Shown here in pieces: positions 49,666 to 63,020 of a stretch of 64,000 nt of DNA. Numbering within the stretch: the first letter of the stretch is position 1; each line of letters opens with the position of its first letter. The translations under genes and the position numbers were made by a program. The notes beneath the pieces are model-generated. The model did no database searches, was not told the origin of the DNA, and saw only the letters and a list, made by a program, of their open reading frames with translations. Source of the stretch: Octopus sinensis. Its lineage: Eukaryota. The stretch lies in contig NC_042998.1 in NCBI RefSeq assembly GCF_006345805.1, positions 196,850,001 to 196,914,000 on the forward strand, given 5' to 3'.

Positions 49666-50216
49666 CTGCAAGACAAAAATTTGAGGGGAGAAGTTTAATT
49701 AATTACATTGATCTTGGAAAAATACTGCGAGACATTTTTAATTTGGCAATCTAACAATTCTGTCAATCTAGGACCCAGCACGTAAAAAGCACCATCCGAC
49801 CGTGGTTGTTTGCCAGCCCTGTCTGGCAGCTGTGCCGGTGGCACGTAAAAAGCACCCATTACACTCACGGAGTTAGGAAGGGCATCCAGCTGTAGAAACA
49901 TTGCCAGATCAGACCAGGCCTGGTGCAGCCTTCTAGCTTCCCAGACCCCAGTTGAACCGTCCAACCCATGCTAGCATGGAAAGCAGACGCTAAATGATGA
50001 TGATGGTTTCAAATTTTGCTGCAAAGGCAGCCATTTTGGGGGAGGGGATGAGTTGATTACATCAACCGCAGCGTATCACTGGTACTTAATTTATCGACTC
50101 TGAAAGGACGAAAGGCAAAGTCAACCATGGCAGAATTTGAACTCAGAACATAGCGACAGGTGAAATACTGCTAAACATTTCGTCCAGTGTGCTAACAATT
50201 CTGCCAGCTCCCCATC

Positions 50217-50252
<36 letters not shown>

Positions 50253-50294
50253 AATAGTAATAGTAACAATAACAATAATAATTTCATTTTAATT

Positions 50295-50611
50295 AGAAAT
50301 ATTGAATTTCTAAATGTCTCAAAGAGACATGAGCGGTGGTGGAGCGAGATATATTTGCGAAGGCCTGGCAAGTATCACCGCTAGCGGGGACTCGCTACCC
50401 TGGACTGATGACGGGTAAGACCCAGAAACATGCATATCTTCAGGTTGCTAGTCCTAGCTGTTGGGGGTGCTTGCCTCCCCCTTTGCAAATATAAGGACAC
50501 AGGAAATGTCTCAAAGCCGACAGGAAGCGTCAATGCTTCCTAGGGCTAAATAGCGGTGGTGTAATTCCCTTTATGGGACTGTCACATTATGTTGACTTTA
50601 TACAACCACTC
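50295..50611 (+). mobile_element. 317-bp hammerhead-containing retroelement (retrozyme or Penelope pseudo-LTR like), 15-bp TSD
   Basis: TSD aatttcattttaatt at 50280-50294 and 50612-50626; hammerhead core at 50399-50444. Confidence 0.7.
50399..50444 (+). ncRNA. Minimal type I hammerhead ribozyme motif (two core-adjacent mismatches)
   Basis: CCTGGA-CTGATGA-C-GGGT-AAG-ACCC-A-GAAAC-ATGCAT-ATC-TTCAGG: helix I 6 bp, helix II 4 bp, palindromic helix III. Confidence 0.75.
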
Positions 50612-51461
50612 AATTTCATTTTAATTTTAGCAGAAGGCCAGTAGTTTTGAAGAGGAAGTTGGCTACATTGACCCTAGTGTTCAACTGGTACTTTTTTTAT
50701 CAACCCCAAAAGGATGATACATTATCTACAGCGAATGCACTGCACAGAGTGAGAATACATTATAAATATTCTCATCAAACTTACACTCTGTATAAAGGAA
50801 ACTTAAATAAGCTTCATCCATACAGAAGAACTAAAAAGACTATGGACCGATTCCTTGATTCTTAGGTGGACTAATAAAACAAAAGACAAATGAAACTCTC
50901 TCTCTCTTTTTCTCTCTTTTACTTGTTTCAGTCATTTGACTGCGGCCATGCTGGAGCACTGCCTTTAGTCGAGCAAATCGACCCCGGGACTTATTCTTTG
51001 TAAGCCCAGTACTTATTCTATCGGTCTCCTTTGCCGAACCGCTAAGTGACGGGGACGTAAACACACCAGCATCGGTTGTCAAGCAATGCTAGGGGGACAA
51101 ACACAGACACACAAACACATACACACACATATATATATACACATATATACGACAGGCTTCTTTCAGTTTCCGTCTACCAAATCCACTCACAAGGCATTGG
51201 TCGGCCTGGGGCTATAGCAGAAGACACTTGCCCAAGATGCCACGCAGTGGGACTGAACCTGGGACCATGTGGTTGGTTAGCAAGCTACTTACCACACAGC
51301 CACTCCTGCGCCTAAACTGTTGACATATCAAAGAGAACAAGGAGAACGTACATCAACAAGAACTTTCACTCTTAAGAGTATCTCTAAAGGCAACATATGA
51401 GGGTCAATTTGTGTGGTAAATAAATTGTGAGGGTGAAGAAGAAAGAAAAGTGTGTCTCTTA

Positions 51462-51641
<180 letters not shown>

Positions 51642-54148
51642 TTACAAAATTAAGCCTACTGGCCTACTGACCACAGGATCATAAGTTCAAATCTTACTAT
51701 TGTCTTAATATCAAAAATGTTTGAGATAATTTGCCATTTCATCATCAGCATCGTTTAACGTCCGTTTTCCATGCTAGAATGGGTTGGACGGTTCAACCGG
51801 GGTGTGGGAAGCCAAGAGGCTGCCCCAGGCTCCAGTCTGATCTGGCAGTGTTTCTACAGCTGGATACCCTTCCTAATGCCAACCACTCCATGAGTGTAGT
51901 GGGTGCTTTTTATGTGCCACCAACACAGGTGCCAGGCGAGGCTGGCAACAGCCACAATCGGTTGGTGCTTTTTACGTTCCACCGGCACAGAAGCCAGTCA
52001 AGGCGGCACTGGCATCGGCCACGTACGGATGGTTCTTTTTATGTGCCACTGGCACAGGTGTTAGATTATAATTTTTCATTCTGTTAAAGTCATCTTTAAA
52101 CACAAACAAGTTTTCATTATTTACACCTACATTCGACCAGTTTGATCTCTGATTATCCTCAAGGTGTCTCATTCTTTGATGTTGTGCATTATCCCAGACT
52201 TGATCTAGACTAGAAACTTTGGTTTCTAAATAATAGACAATAATGTCACTACGGAGGTCAAATGGTCCTGTTATGACTTGCTGAATAAAAATATTATTAT
52301 TTATAATTTAGAAATGAAGGTTGTCATTTCAAATCAAGCCTTGTCCTACATATATATTCAGAAATAAGACAACCTCATGACCAGAGATCAAACTGATTCA
52401 AATTTTAGCTATTGTATTGTCTCTGGGCAAGGTATTGATTGCTTCAATTGTTTCCATTGTTGAAAACAGATTCTGCTACTAATTCTTCAATGAGTGGGTA
52501 GCAGAAATATGAAGGAGACATATAAAGGAGTTATATAAAGGAGACTGCTGTGCTTGAGGAGACCTATTGAGCCAAGTACATCAACATCAAAATAAATATC
52601 AAATGGAAATTTTAGTTGTGATCCCTGTGCCAGTGGAATGTAAAAAGCACAATCCGAACGTGGTCGATACCAGCGCCGCCTTGACTGGTTTCTGTGCTGG
52701 TGGCACGTAAAAAGCACCAACCAATCGTGGCCGCTGCCAGCCTCCCCTGGCACCTGTGCCAGCGGCACGTAAAAAGCACCCACTACACTCATGGAGTGGT
52801 TGGCATTAGGAAGGGCATCCAGCTGTAGAAACACTGGAGCCTGGTGCAGCCTCTTGGCTTCCCAGACCCCGGTCAAACGGTCCAAAACATGCTAGCACGG
52901 AAAACGGACGTTAAACGATGATGATGATGATGATGATCTATTGTGTGAGTGTGGTATCTATTTTCTGATCTTTGCTCTACACAAAAATGGTGGAATGGCT
53001 TTTGTACATTTAGATTCATGAATATTTTTTGACATCTGTTACACTCAAATATAAAATTGTCGTGGATCCTGTTAGACTGAAATAAACAAAGTTGTGTATT
53101 GCCTCATTACACAATACAATGGTTGAAACTTTTATATTTTGAACTGATCATTATGTGGTCACTAGTTCAGCAGCTTCCAAATATGTAAAATACTAAAAAA
53201 CAAAATGTTTACAAGTGAGGGAATTAATAATGGGACCAGTCATTGGTTCAAGTTGGGAGTCAGTTAATGATAGAACCAGCCACAGGTTCAATGATGGGAT
53301 CAGCAAAGTCAGGTTTGGAACTAAGTTTTAGTTGGCCTCTGTGCCGGTGGCACGTAAAAGACACCATTCGAGTGAGATCATTGCCAGTACTGCCTGACTG
53401 GCCCTGTGCCGGTGGCACGTAAAAGCACCCACTACACTCTCAGAGTGGTTGGTGTTAGGAAGGGCATCCAGCTGTATAAACTCTGCCAGATCAAGATTGG
53501 AGCCTGGTGCAGCCATCTGGTTCGCCAGACCTTAGTCAAATTGTCCAACCCATGCCAGCATGGAAAGCGGACGTTAAATGTTGATGATGATGTATGGTTA
53601 AGAAGTTTGCTTCTCAAGTACATGGTTTCAGATTTAGTCCCAATGTATGACATCTTGAGCAAGTGTCTTCTACTATAGACCCAGGTTGACCAAAGGGATT
53701 TAGTAGAAGGAGACCGAAAGAAGTCCATTGCATGCATGTGTGTGTGTGTGTGTGTATGTGTGTGTGCAGGTGTCTCCTTGTCTTGACATCACATGATAAT
53801 CGTAAACAAGCAGCAGTCATATAACGGGTATCCATCATTTCTAATGTTCCATGAAAACAGGTCTAGCACCAGGAGGCATAACCTTATTTGGAAACAGGTG
53901 TGGGTTGGTGACAGGAAGGGCATCTGGTCATAGAAAAATCTTGCTTCAACAAGTTCCATGAAGCTGTGTGAGCATGGAAAAGCTGACGTTAATAAACTGA
54001 TGATGATGACTTCCTTATCACTTTCATTATTATAAGAGTCTGTCTGCAACAGGATGGGAATAGTGTTGTGGAAAGGTGATCGTGGTTGGTCTATGTACAA
54101 GGTTAGGGGTATGGTTATGTCCTCATTGTTGATAGAAGAGAAATTTAA

Positions 54149-54895
54149 CTGCTTAGCATTCAGATTACTGTGTCAAATGCAATGCTTATTTATGCAAATT
54201 GGCTTGAATTAATTATGCATTATCTCATCATCATCATTGTTTAACATTCGCTTTCCATGCTAGCATGGGTTGGACGATTTTGACTGAGGGCTGGCGAACC
54301 AGATGGCTGCACCAGGCTCCAGTCTTGATCTGGCAGAGTTTCTACAGCTGGATGCCCTTCCTAACGCCAACCACTCCGAGAGTGTAGTGGGTGCTTTTTA
54401 CGTGCCACCGGCACAGGGGCCAGTCAGGCGGTACTGGCAATGACCTCACTTGAATCTTTTTACACATGCCATTGGCACAGGTGCCAGTAAGGTGACGGTA
54501 ATGATCATGCTTAAATGGTGCCCTTTTACGTACCACGGCACAGGGGCCAGTCAGGCGGTACTGGCAATGACCTCGCTCGAATCTTTTTACACATGCCACC
54601 GGCACAGGTGCCAGTAAGGCGACATTGGTAATGATCATGCTCAAATGGTGCCCTTTTATGTGCCATGGCACAGGGGCCAGTCAGGCGGCAATGACCTCGC
54701 TTGAATCTTTTTACACATGCCACTGGCACAGGTGCCCTTTTATGTGCCACATTGTAACTAAGATTTCAATAATATGATTGCTTATTTTTTTAGAATGACA
54801 TTGTAGGATAGGTGTGAAAGGTCAGATCTGGCCAGTGTGAACATAAAACAGGTGAAATGTCTAGGTCTTACAGGGGCAGTTTAAAAACTAAAGGG
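54149..54895. mobile_element. piggyBac-type MITE split by a SINE-E insertion
   Basis: TTAA flanks, ...ctaaaggg|TTAA; homologous to 56717-56935. Confidence 0.6.
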
Positions 54896-54947
54896 TTAAT
54901 CTGAAGATGAAACCTCAATTATGAAGTGAATGAGTCAAAAATGTTAC

Positions 54948-55012
54948 CTTCTCCATGGCCACAGCTGGGGCTGTTGGGAAATCAATTGGGTTCTTGGCAG
55001 CATCAGCAAAAC
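54948..55012 (-). CDS. ACAT1: ACAT1-like thiolase exon
   Basis: 65 nt; GFADAAKNPIDFPTAPAVAMEK. Confidence 0.92.
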
Positions 55013-55592
55013 CTGAATGTATAGGGATAATTTGAGCCAATGAGATATTCTGTGTTGATATCAATATACATCGGTCATACATAGCAACAATAACAACAAC
55101 AACAACAAAACAAGAACCATAGGAACATGGCTGAGACATTTGCTTTATGGTCATGTTGCCCAAGTTCAATACTACTCTAATAAGTGACTTCTGCCTTAGC
55201 CAGCCCCAAGCTGACCAATGCCTTGTGAATGGTATTTGATAGATAGGTGCTTTGCAGAAGTAAACTCTTTGTGTGTGTGTGTGTAGATAAGGGGTGAGCA
55301 TGACCAAGTCTTGTGCATGATGTTTCTGCGTTCTTTTGTCGTCTTTCTGTTGATGTTTTACTCTTTTATATATTACTCTATTACTCTTTCACTTCTTTCA
55401 GTCATTTTGACTGTGGCCATGCTGGAGCACCACCTTTAGTCAAGAAAATCGACCCCAGGACTTATTCTTTGTAAGCCCAGTACTTATTCTATCGGTCGCT
55501 TTTGCCGAACTGCTAAGTTACAGGAATGTAAACACACCAGCATCGGTTGTCAAGCAATGTTGGGGGGAACAAACACAGACACACAAACATAT

Positions 55593-55669
<77 letters not shown>

Positions 55670-56553
55670 TATATACGACAGGCTTTGCCAAATCCATTCA
55701 AAAGGCTTTGGTCGGCCCGAGGTGCCATGCAGTGGGACTGAACCAGGAACCATGTGGTTGGTAAGCGAGCTACTTACCAAACAGCCACTCCTACGCCTAT
55801 ATATATATATATATTATATATATATATATATAATATATATATATATATTACATTATCATTACTTTTTCTTTTATTACCTTCTTGGTATGTTTTCCCTGAA
55901 GGAACAGAGGCAAGAGAATAGTGAGGACCCTTTCCTCTTATAGGGTACAACGCTATTTCCCTAGTGCCAATACCAGAAGGGGATGCGTGCACTATCATTC
56001 TAAAGTGGAAGGTGTGTTACATGCAAAGTGTTCCACAGGATCTCCAGATAAATTGTACTGTTTATGACACTCTTGATTTGATGTATAGGACCAACCTCTT
56101 TTCCACAAATGCAACCTAAAGCCCTAACATTATGAGCATCATACCTATTTGTTTACTACCCACAAGGGGCTAAACACAGAAGGGACAAACAAGGTCAGAC
56201 AAAAGGATTAAGTCGATTATATCGACCCCAGTGCGTAACTGGTACTTAATGATTCGACCCCAGTGCGTAACTGGTACTTAATGATTCGACCCTGAAAGGA
56301 CGAAAGGCAAAGTCGACCTCAGCCGAATTTGAACTTAGAACATAACAGCAGACGAAATATGGCTACGCATTTCACCTGGCGTGCTAATGTTTCTGCCAGC
56401 TCGCCGCCATTCATTCATTCTATACAAAAATGTGGAATGGTCATGATCAGAATAAATTTGGTGATGAGCTTGTTGGATCTGGGTTGACTTGGGGCTAAAC
56501 GATAATCATGACAACAATAACGAGGAGATGTTAGTGAAAGAAGAAAGTCTTAC

Positions 56554-56667
56554 CAACAATTCGAGCCAGTGGTTTCACCTTTAACCTGTCGGCTGCCTGT
56601 GCTGTCATGAGAACCATAGCAGCAGCACCATCATCTAATTTGCTGGAGTTAGCTACAGTCACGGTAC
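56554..56667 (-). CDS. ACAT1: ACAT1-like thiolase exon
   Basis: 114 nt; [38 protein letters not shown]. Confidence 0.93.
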
Positions 56668-56716
56668 CTGAGGAGAAAAACAATGTTAGAGAGAGTACCA
56701 ATATGGCAGTGTTTAA

Positions 56717-56935
56717 CCATTTAGTGTTCAGATTATCCTATCAAACATAATGCTTATTGATTCCCATTTATTTGAATTAATCATGCATTATCTCATATCT
56801 TCAAGATCTTGATGGTGTAATTACTTAATGTAGAATAACATTGTGGGGTAGGTGTGAGAGCCTGGATCTGGTCAGTTTGAACATAAAACAGATCAACTAT
56901 TTTGGCCGGATATGGCCGGTTTAAATACTAAAGGG
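56717..56935. mobile_element. piggyBac-type MITE
   Basis: TTAA|ccatttagtgtt ... aatactaaaggg|TTAA. Confidence 0.7.
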
Positions 56936-57326
56936 TTAAGAGTAGCAGTACAGTGTTATATGCAGTAGAACTAATATCATTAGAAGAATTAGTTTAACAT
57001 CCACAACGCTAATTTAAGGTAAAAAAACAGTACTAACATATTGTTATCTGCACTACTAACACTCTATCATCTGAAGTGCTAATACAGTGGCTCCCAGGAA
57101 CTGTATCAATACAGTGGTTACCAGGAGTATTAATAGTCAAAAGTCCTCTGTACTTTTAAAACAATAGTTATTTGCGTTATAAACACAGTAATCATATGCA
57201 ATGTTAAAACAGTGACATTTACAGTGCTTACACACTGAGGTCAGTGTCTTCAACAATGTTAACAGATTGTCAACTGCAGTGCTAGTACAATAGGCATTTG
57301 CATTGCTTATACAGTGTTATCTACAG

Positions 57327-57967
57327 CAGTCCTTCTCAAACTATCTGATGTGGTGTACTGGCAGTTTTTTTTTTTGCAATGTGCCAGGGACCAGTAATAT
57401 TTCTAAGTAATATTAATTTATACCGGAAACAATATAAATAATTACGGAGATGTACTTGCATAGCGAGTGACCTGATCTGACATCGTGTGCTGGAACGAAA
57501 ACAATCGTAGCATGGAAGATGTTTCTAAGCCATTTAAGAAACACACAAAAACCGTTAGATTCACTTCAACATTTAAGTTTAATTTGTCAAAATATTTTCG
57601 TCGCTTTAAGACCGCGACCTGTTCACTGACAAAACTCCGTGCTGCATTTCGGAATTTTGTCAGTGAACAGGTCGAGATCTCAAAGCAACGAAAATATTTT
57701 GGCAAATTAAACTTAAATGTTGAAGTGAATCTAACGGCTTTTGTGTGTTTCTTAAATGGCTTATAAACACCTTCCGCACAATATAATTAATGAATATAAT
57801 AAAAGTTGACAATTTGTTTTGTCTTATATTTATTTTGTAAACAAATAATACAATATTACATAAGCTTTTTATAATGTTTCTTTCTTTTCTGGAAACTCAC
57901 CTTGTACTGGCAGCTGATGGCTCGCAGACTGGTGCCAGTCCATGGACCACCACTTTGAGCAGCTCTG
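57327..57967. mobile_element. Non-autonomous hAT (Charlie-like) element with internal 262-bp palindrome
   Basis: 8-bp TSD atctacag at 57319-57326 and 57968-57975; CAG...CTG termini with ctcaaa/tttgag. Confidence 0.85.
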
Positions 57968-58602
57968 ATCTACAGTGCTATTCCACTGGGCAACCTTGTC
58001 ACTTGTATAGTGTCATCTGCAATGCTAATACAGTGTCATGTGCAGTGTTAATATAGTTGATATCTGCAGTATTAGTGCAGAGCCATCGGTATTGTTAATA
58101 CACTGGTCATGTACAGTGTTAGTAGTACTACTGATACTGTTAAAATAGCATCATCAGTATTCTTGATAAATGGTCATATACATTGCATACTCTTTTACTT
58201 GTTTCAGTCATGTGACTGTGGCCATGCTGGAGCACTGCCTTTTAGTCGAACAAATCGACCCCAGGACTTATTCTTTGTAAGCCTAGTACTTATTCTATCA
58301 GTTGCTTTTGCCGAACCGCCAAGTTATGGGGACGTATTCGCACCAGCATCGGTTGTCAAGCGATGTTGGTGGGACAAACACAGACACACAAACATACATA
58401 CACATATATACGATGGGCTTCTTTCAGTTTCCATCTACCAAATCCACTCACAAGACTTTGGTCAGCCCGAGGCTATAGTAGAAGACACTTGCCCAACGTG
58501 CCATGCAGTGGAACTGAACCCGGCACCATGTGGTTGGTAAGTAAGCTACTTACCAAACAGCCACTCCTACGCCTATATATATATGGTGTAAGTAAAGTTT
58601 AC

Positions 58603-58695
58603 CTTCTGCCTTTTGGAACACTGGTCTGAGACTGGGCACTTTGTCTAGTTTCATTTTATGTAACTCTTCATCTTCAGATATGGTTACTGCTTCTC
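58603..58695 (-). CDS. ACAT1: ACAT1-like thiolase exon
   Basis: 93 nt, phase 1/1; EAVTISEDEELHKMKLDKVPSLRPVFQKAE. Confidence 0.9.
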
Positions 58696-59766
58696 CTGGT
58701 AAACGAAGGAAATTTATTTATCAATGGTGAAATAAAAGATTTGGAAGCAAAAGTTTGGTGTTCCTAGAGGGGGTATAAATTGTGTGGTGGTGGTGGTGTA
58801 GCATTGAATCTGGAAGAGGTGGAGGTTAAGAATAAGTCAATAATATTGAATGTATTCCTATAAAAAAAAAACCTGTTCAAGGCCTTGGAGTGTTCTTGGC
58901 TTTGAGTTTTACTGGATAATTCCATGTCCCTTGGAGGTAGGATGTACAAGTGTATTTTGTAGTGTAAGGTTGCTGTTGAGCAGAAATCTTGGAAGAGGAC
59001 CTAGTTAGTGTCTCTGGGAGCAGGGAGGAAGTGTGAATCAAGTCAGAAGGCAGCAAACCACATCTTTCTACATGACTGAGGCAACTCCAGATATCATGAG
59101 CATTATCCATCCTTTGGCTAAATTATGAAACAAATATACTTCACAATATATATATATAGAGAGAGAGAGATAGATAGATAGATAGATAGATAGATACCTG
59201 TGCTGGTGGCACGTAAAAAGCATTATCCAAACGTGGCCGATGCCAGTGCCACCTTGACTGGCTTCCCTGCCGGTGGCACGTAAAAAGCGCCAACTGATTG
59301 TGGCCGTTGCCAGCCTCCCCTGGCACCTGTGCCGGTGGGACATAGAAAGCACCCACTACACTCGGAGTGGTTGGTGTTAGGAAGGGCACCCAGCTGTAGA
59401 AACTCTGCCAGATCAGACTGGAGCTTGGTGTGGCCTCTTGGCTTCGAACCGTCCAACCCATGGTAGCATGGAAAACGGACGTTAAACGATTGTACTAAGG
59501 ATATGTGAGGATATGTTGTGCAGGATGCAATGTGGTAGTCGTGGTATCTTGTGTTGTGCTGTTGTGTCATAGTACACGTGTGGTAGTGTAATGTGGTAGG
59601 TAGGACGTGTTGTGTAGTTAGTGTGGTAGTGAGGATATATGTAGTGCGATAGACAGGACATGTTGTGAAGGGTGTAGTATGATAGTCTCATTGGGCAATG
59701 GTGTAATCAATTAATCCGATGGGTGTGAAGGGTGAAGTAGCTTAACAGAGAATAATTATGTCATAC

Positions 59767-59920
59767 CTTTTTTCTTTGGTATCTGAACAGGTGTAATTTC
59801 GGCTGCCAAGACACCCTCGTGAAAAGCCTTCTGACTACGTTTGTAACTCATGACAGCATGTTCATCTTGCTCTGTACGTGAGATGTCATATTTTTTAGCA
59901 GTGTCTTCAGCACAGTTTCC
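59767..59920 (-). CDS. ACAT1: ACAT1-like thiolase exon
   Basis: 154 nt; GNCAEDTAKKYDISRTEQDEHAVMSYKRSQKAFHEGVLAAEITPVQIPKKK. Confidence 0.93.
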
Positions 59921-60854
59921 CTACAAAGGAAGTCAACGATTGAAAAATAACAACTGACACGGACATAAGTAATGCCTCTCTTATTCAACTGCTGAGCTTA
60001 AGACTGATCTCATACAACACATACAACCCATGCAGACACCCAAATACACACACATCATCATCATCATCGTTTAACGTCCGTTCTCCATGCTAGCATGGGT
60101 TGGACGGTTCGACTGGGGATCTGGGAAGCCAGGAGGCTGCACCAGGCTCCGGTCTTATCTGGCAATGTTTCTACAGCTGGATGCCCTTCCTAACGCCAAC
60201 CACTCCGTGAGTGTAGTGGGTACTTTTTACGTGCCACCTGCACTGGTGCCAGGCGAGGCTGGCATCGGCCACGGTCAGATTGGTGCATTTTACGTGCCAC
60301 CTGCACAGAAGCCAGTCGAGGCGGCACTGGCTTCGGCCACGATTCGGATGGTGCATTTTACGTGCCACCTGCACGGAAGCCAGTCGAGGCGGCACTGGCT
60401 TCGGCTACAATTCGGATGGTGCTTTTTACGTGCCACCGACATGGAAGCCAGTTGAGGCGGCGCTGGCATCAGCCACGATTCGGATAGTGCTTTTTACGTA
60501 TCTCCAGTCCAGGGGTCCTGGCATCTGCCGGGTGCCAGTCATAGGATTGGTTCAATTTCGATTCTGATTTCACTTGCCCCAACAGGTCTTCACACAAGCA
60601 TAAAGCCACTCTCACACACACAATCACACATATTACATACCCGGACATGCACCAATGCACAACCACAGACAAAGTCACACACTGCTGATGTTTAAATGGG
60701 AGAACGACCACTAATTGCATTTGCAGCTTCTGTTGCCAGTCCATGTTGGTATCAATATCCTTCCCACCCCAACTTGGTGACCCCCGGGAAACAAGTTCTG
60801 AATAACTCTTCTGGAATCTGGCAGTAGTCCTTTCTGTCATGTCTTCTTTCTTGG

Positions 60855-61140
60855 AAGTACTTACTTACGACGGCATTCACCCAGGGTGGGTTGAGCCGGT
60901 TTCTTCTCTGGTCCTGACGGCATTACGAACCATGGCACCCCACGCTCGACGGTCCTGTGCGAGGTCACTGGAGATAGCGAACCATTCATGGTTAAATCTG
61001 CACAGACCGACCACCTGTGGACCTGAGAGTTTGGAGAGGTCCTCCTTTATCATCGTTGCTCAGGTCTTCAGCTGCCCGCCCGTGCGTTTGCGCCAGCTGG
61101 GAAGTGGAGGTGGGACTTGGAAGTGGGACTTTTCTTGCAG
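60855..61140 (-). mobile_element. RTE-clade LINE 3' fragment
   Basis: PSWRKRTGGQLKT*ATMIKEDL...DLAQDRRAWGAMVRNAV...GSTHPG*MPS with (AAGT) tail. Confidence 0.85.
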
Positions 61141-62374
61141 GAGCTAAAAGCTTTCCTACACACACAGATTGAAAATGCACAAAAGTATACATAAAAATAT
61201 ACATAAACATACACTACATACATACACCAACACATACACACAGAGTGATCCAAATCTGTTAGTAAATGCGAAGCATGTATGAATGGCAACTTTATCTAAT
61301 AATCCTATCTACTATGGGCACCAGGCCTGAAATTAATGAAAAATGTCACCTAAAAGAATCCCCCAGCATTTTGGGCACAATTTCAGCTGTATGAAGGCAG
61401 TATGGTCGTAATGAAAATTTCAGCTGAGTAAGGAGAAGGAATATAGAATAGTAATAAGTTTAGACTCTGATCATCCTGTTCCTGCAAACTTATAATTAAA
61501 GGCATTTCATCTGTAGCCATACATATTTTAAAGGGTATTTAGAACACTGCATTATCTAATATGTTTCTCCCTTTTGTTTCTATATTTCTGTTGCGATACT
61601 CTGCTTTTATTTCAAATAATTTTGAAAATAAAGAATTTAGTAAATTGCCTTGTCATTATTAAGTTTGTGTTTGGAACATAAATTAGTGGCCGATGCCAGC
61701 GCCGCCTTGATTGGCTTCCATGACGGTGGCACGTAAAAAGCACTAACCGATCGTGGCCGTTGCCAGCCTCCCCTGGCACCAGTGCCAGTGGCATGTAAAA
61801 AGCACCCACTACACTCTTGGAGTGGTTGGCATTAGGAAGGGCATCCAGCTGTAGAAACTCTGCCAGATCAGACTGGAGCCTGGTGCAGCCTCCTGGCTTC
61901 CCAGACCCTGATCGAACCGTCCAACCCATGCTAGCATCGAAAACGGATGTTAAACGATGATGATGATGATTTGAATGAGAGATTTTAATTTAGATCCCCT
62001 TAAAATAGGAAGTTTGTATCATGGAACCAAAAACATTAACAAGTGGGTCGATACCAAAGGAGTTAAGACCATGGTGTATAAGTTCATGGGAATTTAGCTG
62101 CTAATTCTAGCACTTTGAGTGACTATGCAGAAGCTCTCTAATTGTAAGACAGTTCCTTGAGATGTTTAAGCTACTGTCTTGGGGTTATTGAATGTGACTC
62201 AGCTGATTTTGCTACCTTGCAATGTTTTCTATGAGTTTCTCTTGCACTTAGAGGATCTATATTTTTGGTGGAAGCTGGAAAGGTTGAGCATGAACAAGGT
62301 AGGTCTCTGTGAAAAATGTAAGAGGAATTTATATTCAGACAGAGATAGGGCTTAATATTTAACCTATGCTTTAA

Positions 62375-62556
62375 CCCTTTTGTTACCGTATTTATTTTGA
62401 GATGCTCTGTGTTTCTTTCAATTAATTTTAAATATAATAAATAATTTAGTAAAATAACTCGGTTATCTCAGCTAGTGTTGGGAACATAAATTGTGAAAAC
62501 AAGACATTTATGCTACAGAGCAAGAGCCAGTTTCAGCCGGGTTGGTATCAAAAGGG
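62375..62556. mobile_element. piggyBac-type MITE (second family)
   Basis: TTAA|cccttttgttacc ... ggtatcaaaaggg|TTAA (13-bp TIR, 1 mismatch). Confidence 0.8.
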
Positions 62557-62795
62557 TTAAGGCAGTGAACTGGCAGAAAATGTTAGCATGCAAGGTAAAA
62601 TGCTTAGCAGCATTTTGTCTGTCTTCACATTCTGAATTCAAATTCTGTCAAGGTAAACTTTGATTTCATCCTTTCAGGGTTGATAAAAAGAGTCCCAGTT
62701 GAGCACTGGCACCAATGTAATCAACTTAACCCCCTCCTCTGAACTTGCTGGTCTTGTACTGAAATTCGAAAATCAATATTTAAGCTGTGACTTAC

Positions 62796-62846
62796 CATAT
62801 GGATGTGATCATAGGCATCAGTTAATCCATCAAAAACAATTCCATC
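62796..62846 (-). CDS. ACAT1: ACAT1-like thiolase exon
   Basis: 51 nt, phase 0, ttctag/gtaagt; DGIVFDGLTDAYDHIHM (thiolase DGLTD motif). Confidence 0.88.
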
Positions 62847-62901
62847 CTAGAAAATACAAAACAGAAAAGTTAAAGTGAAACAGAAATTGCATAAATAACA
62901 T

Positions 62902-63020
62902 AAACTAAGAGAAGAATCAAATTGAACAAGGGATCAAACTGAAAGAGAGATCAAACTAAGAGAAGGATCAAATTGAACAAGGGATCAAACTGAAAGAGAG
63001 ATCAAACTAAGAGAAGGATC
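62902..63020. repeat. 17-bp minisatellite arranged as a 51-bp higher-order repeat
   Basis: aaactaagagaaggatc / aaattgaacaagggatc / aaactgaaagagagatc repeated. Confidence 0.85.

Noticed and set aside
49057-49700. Gypsy LTR + PBS (tggtgac) + gag start (MAEAPPPP at 49564)
   Set aside because: The ORF is simply the antisense of the ACAT1 last exon, and the putative LTR is ACAT1 3' flank
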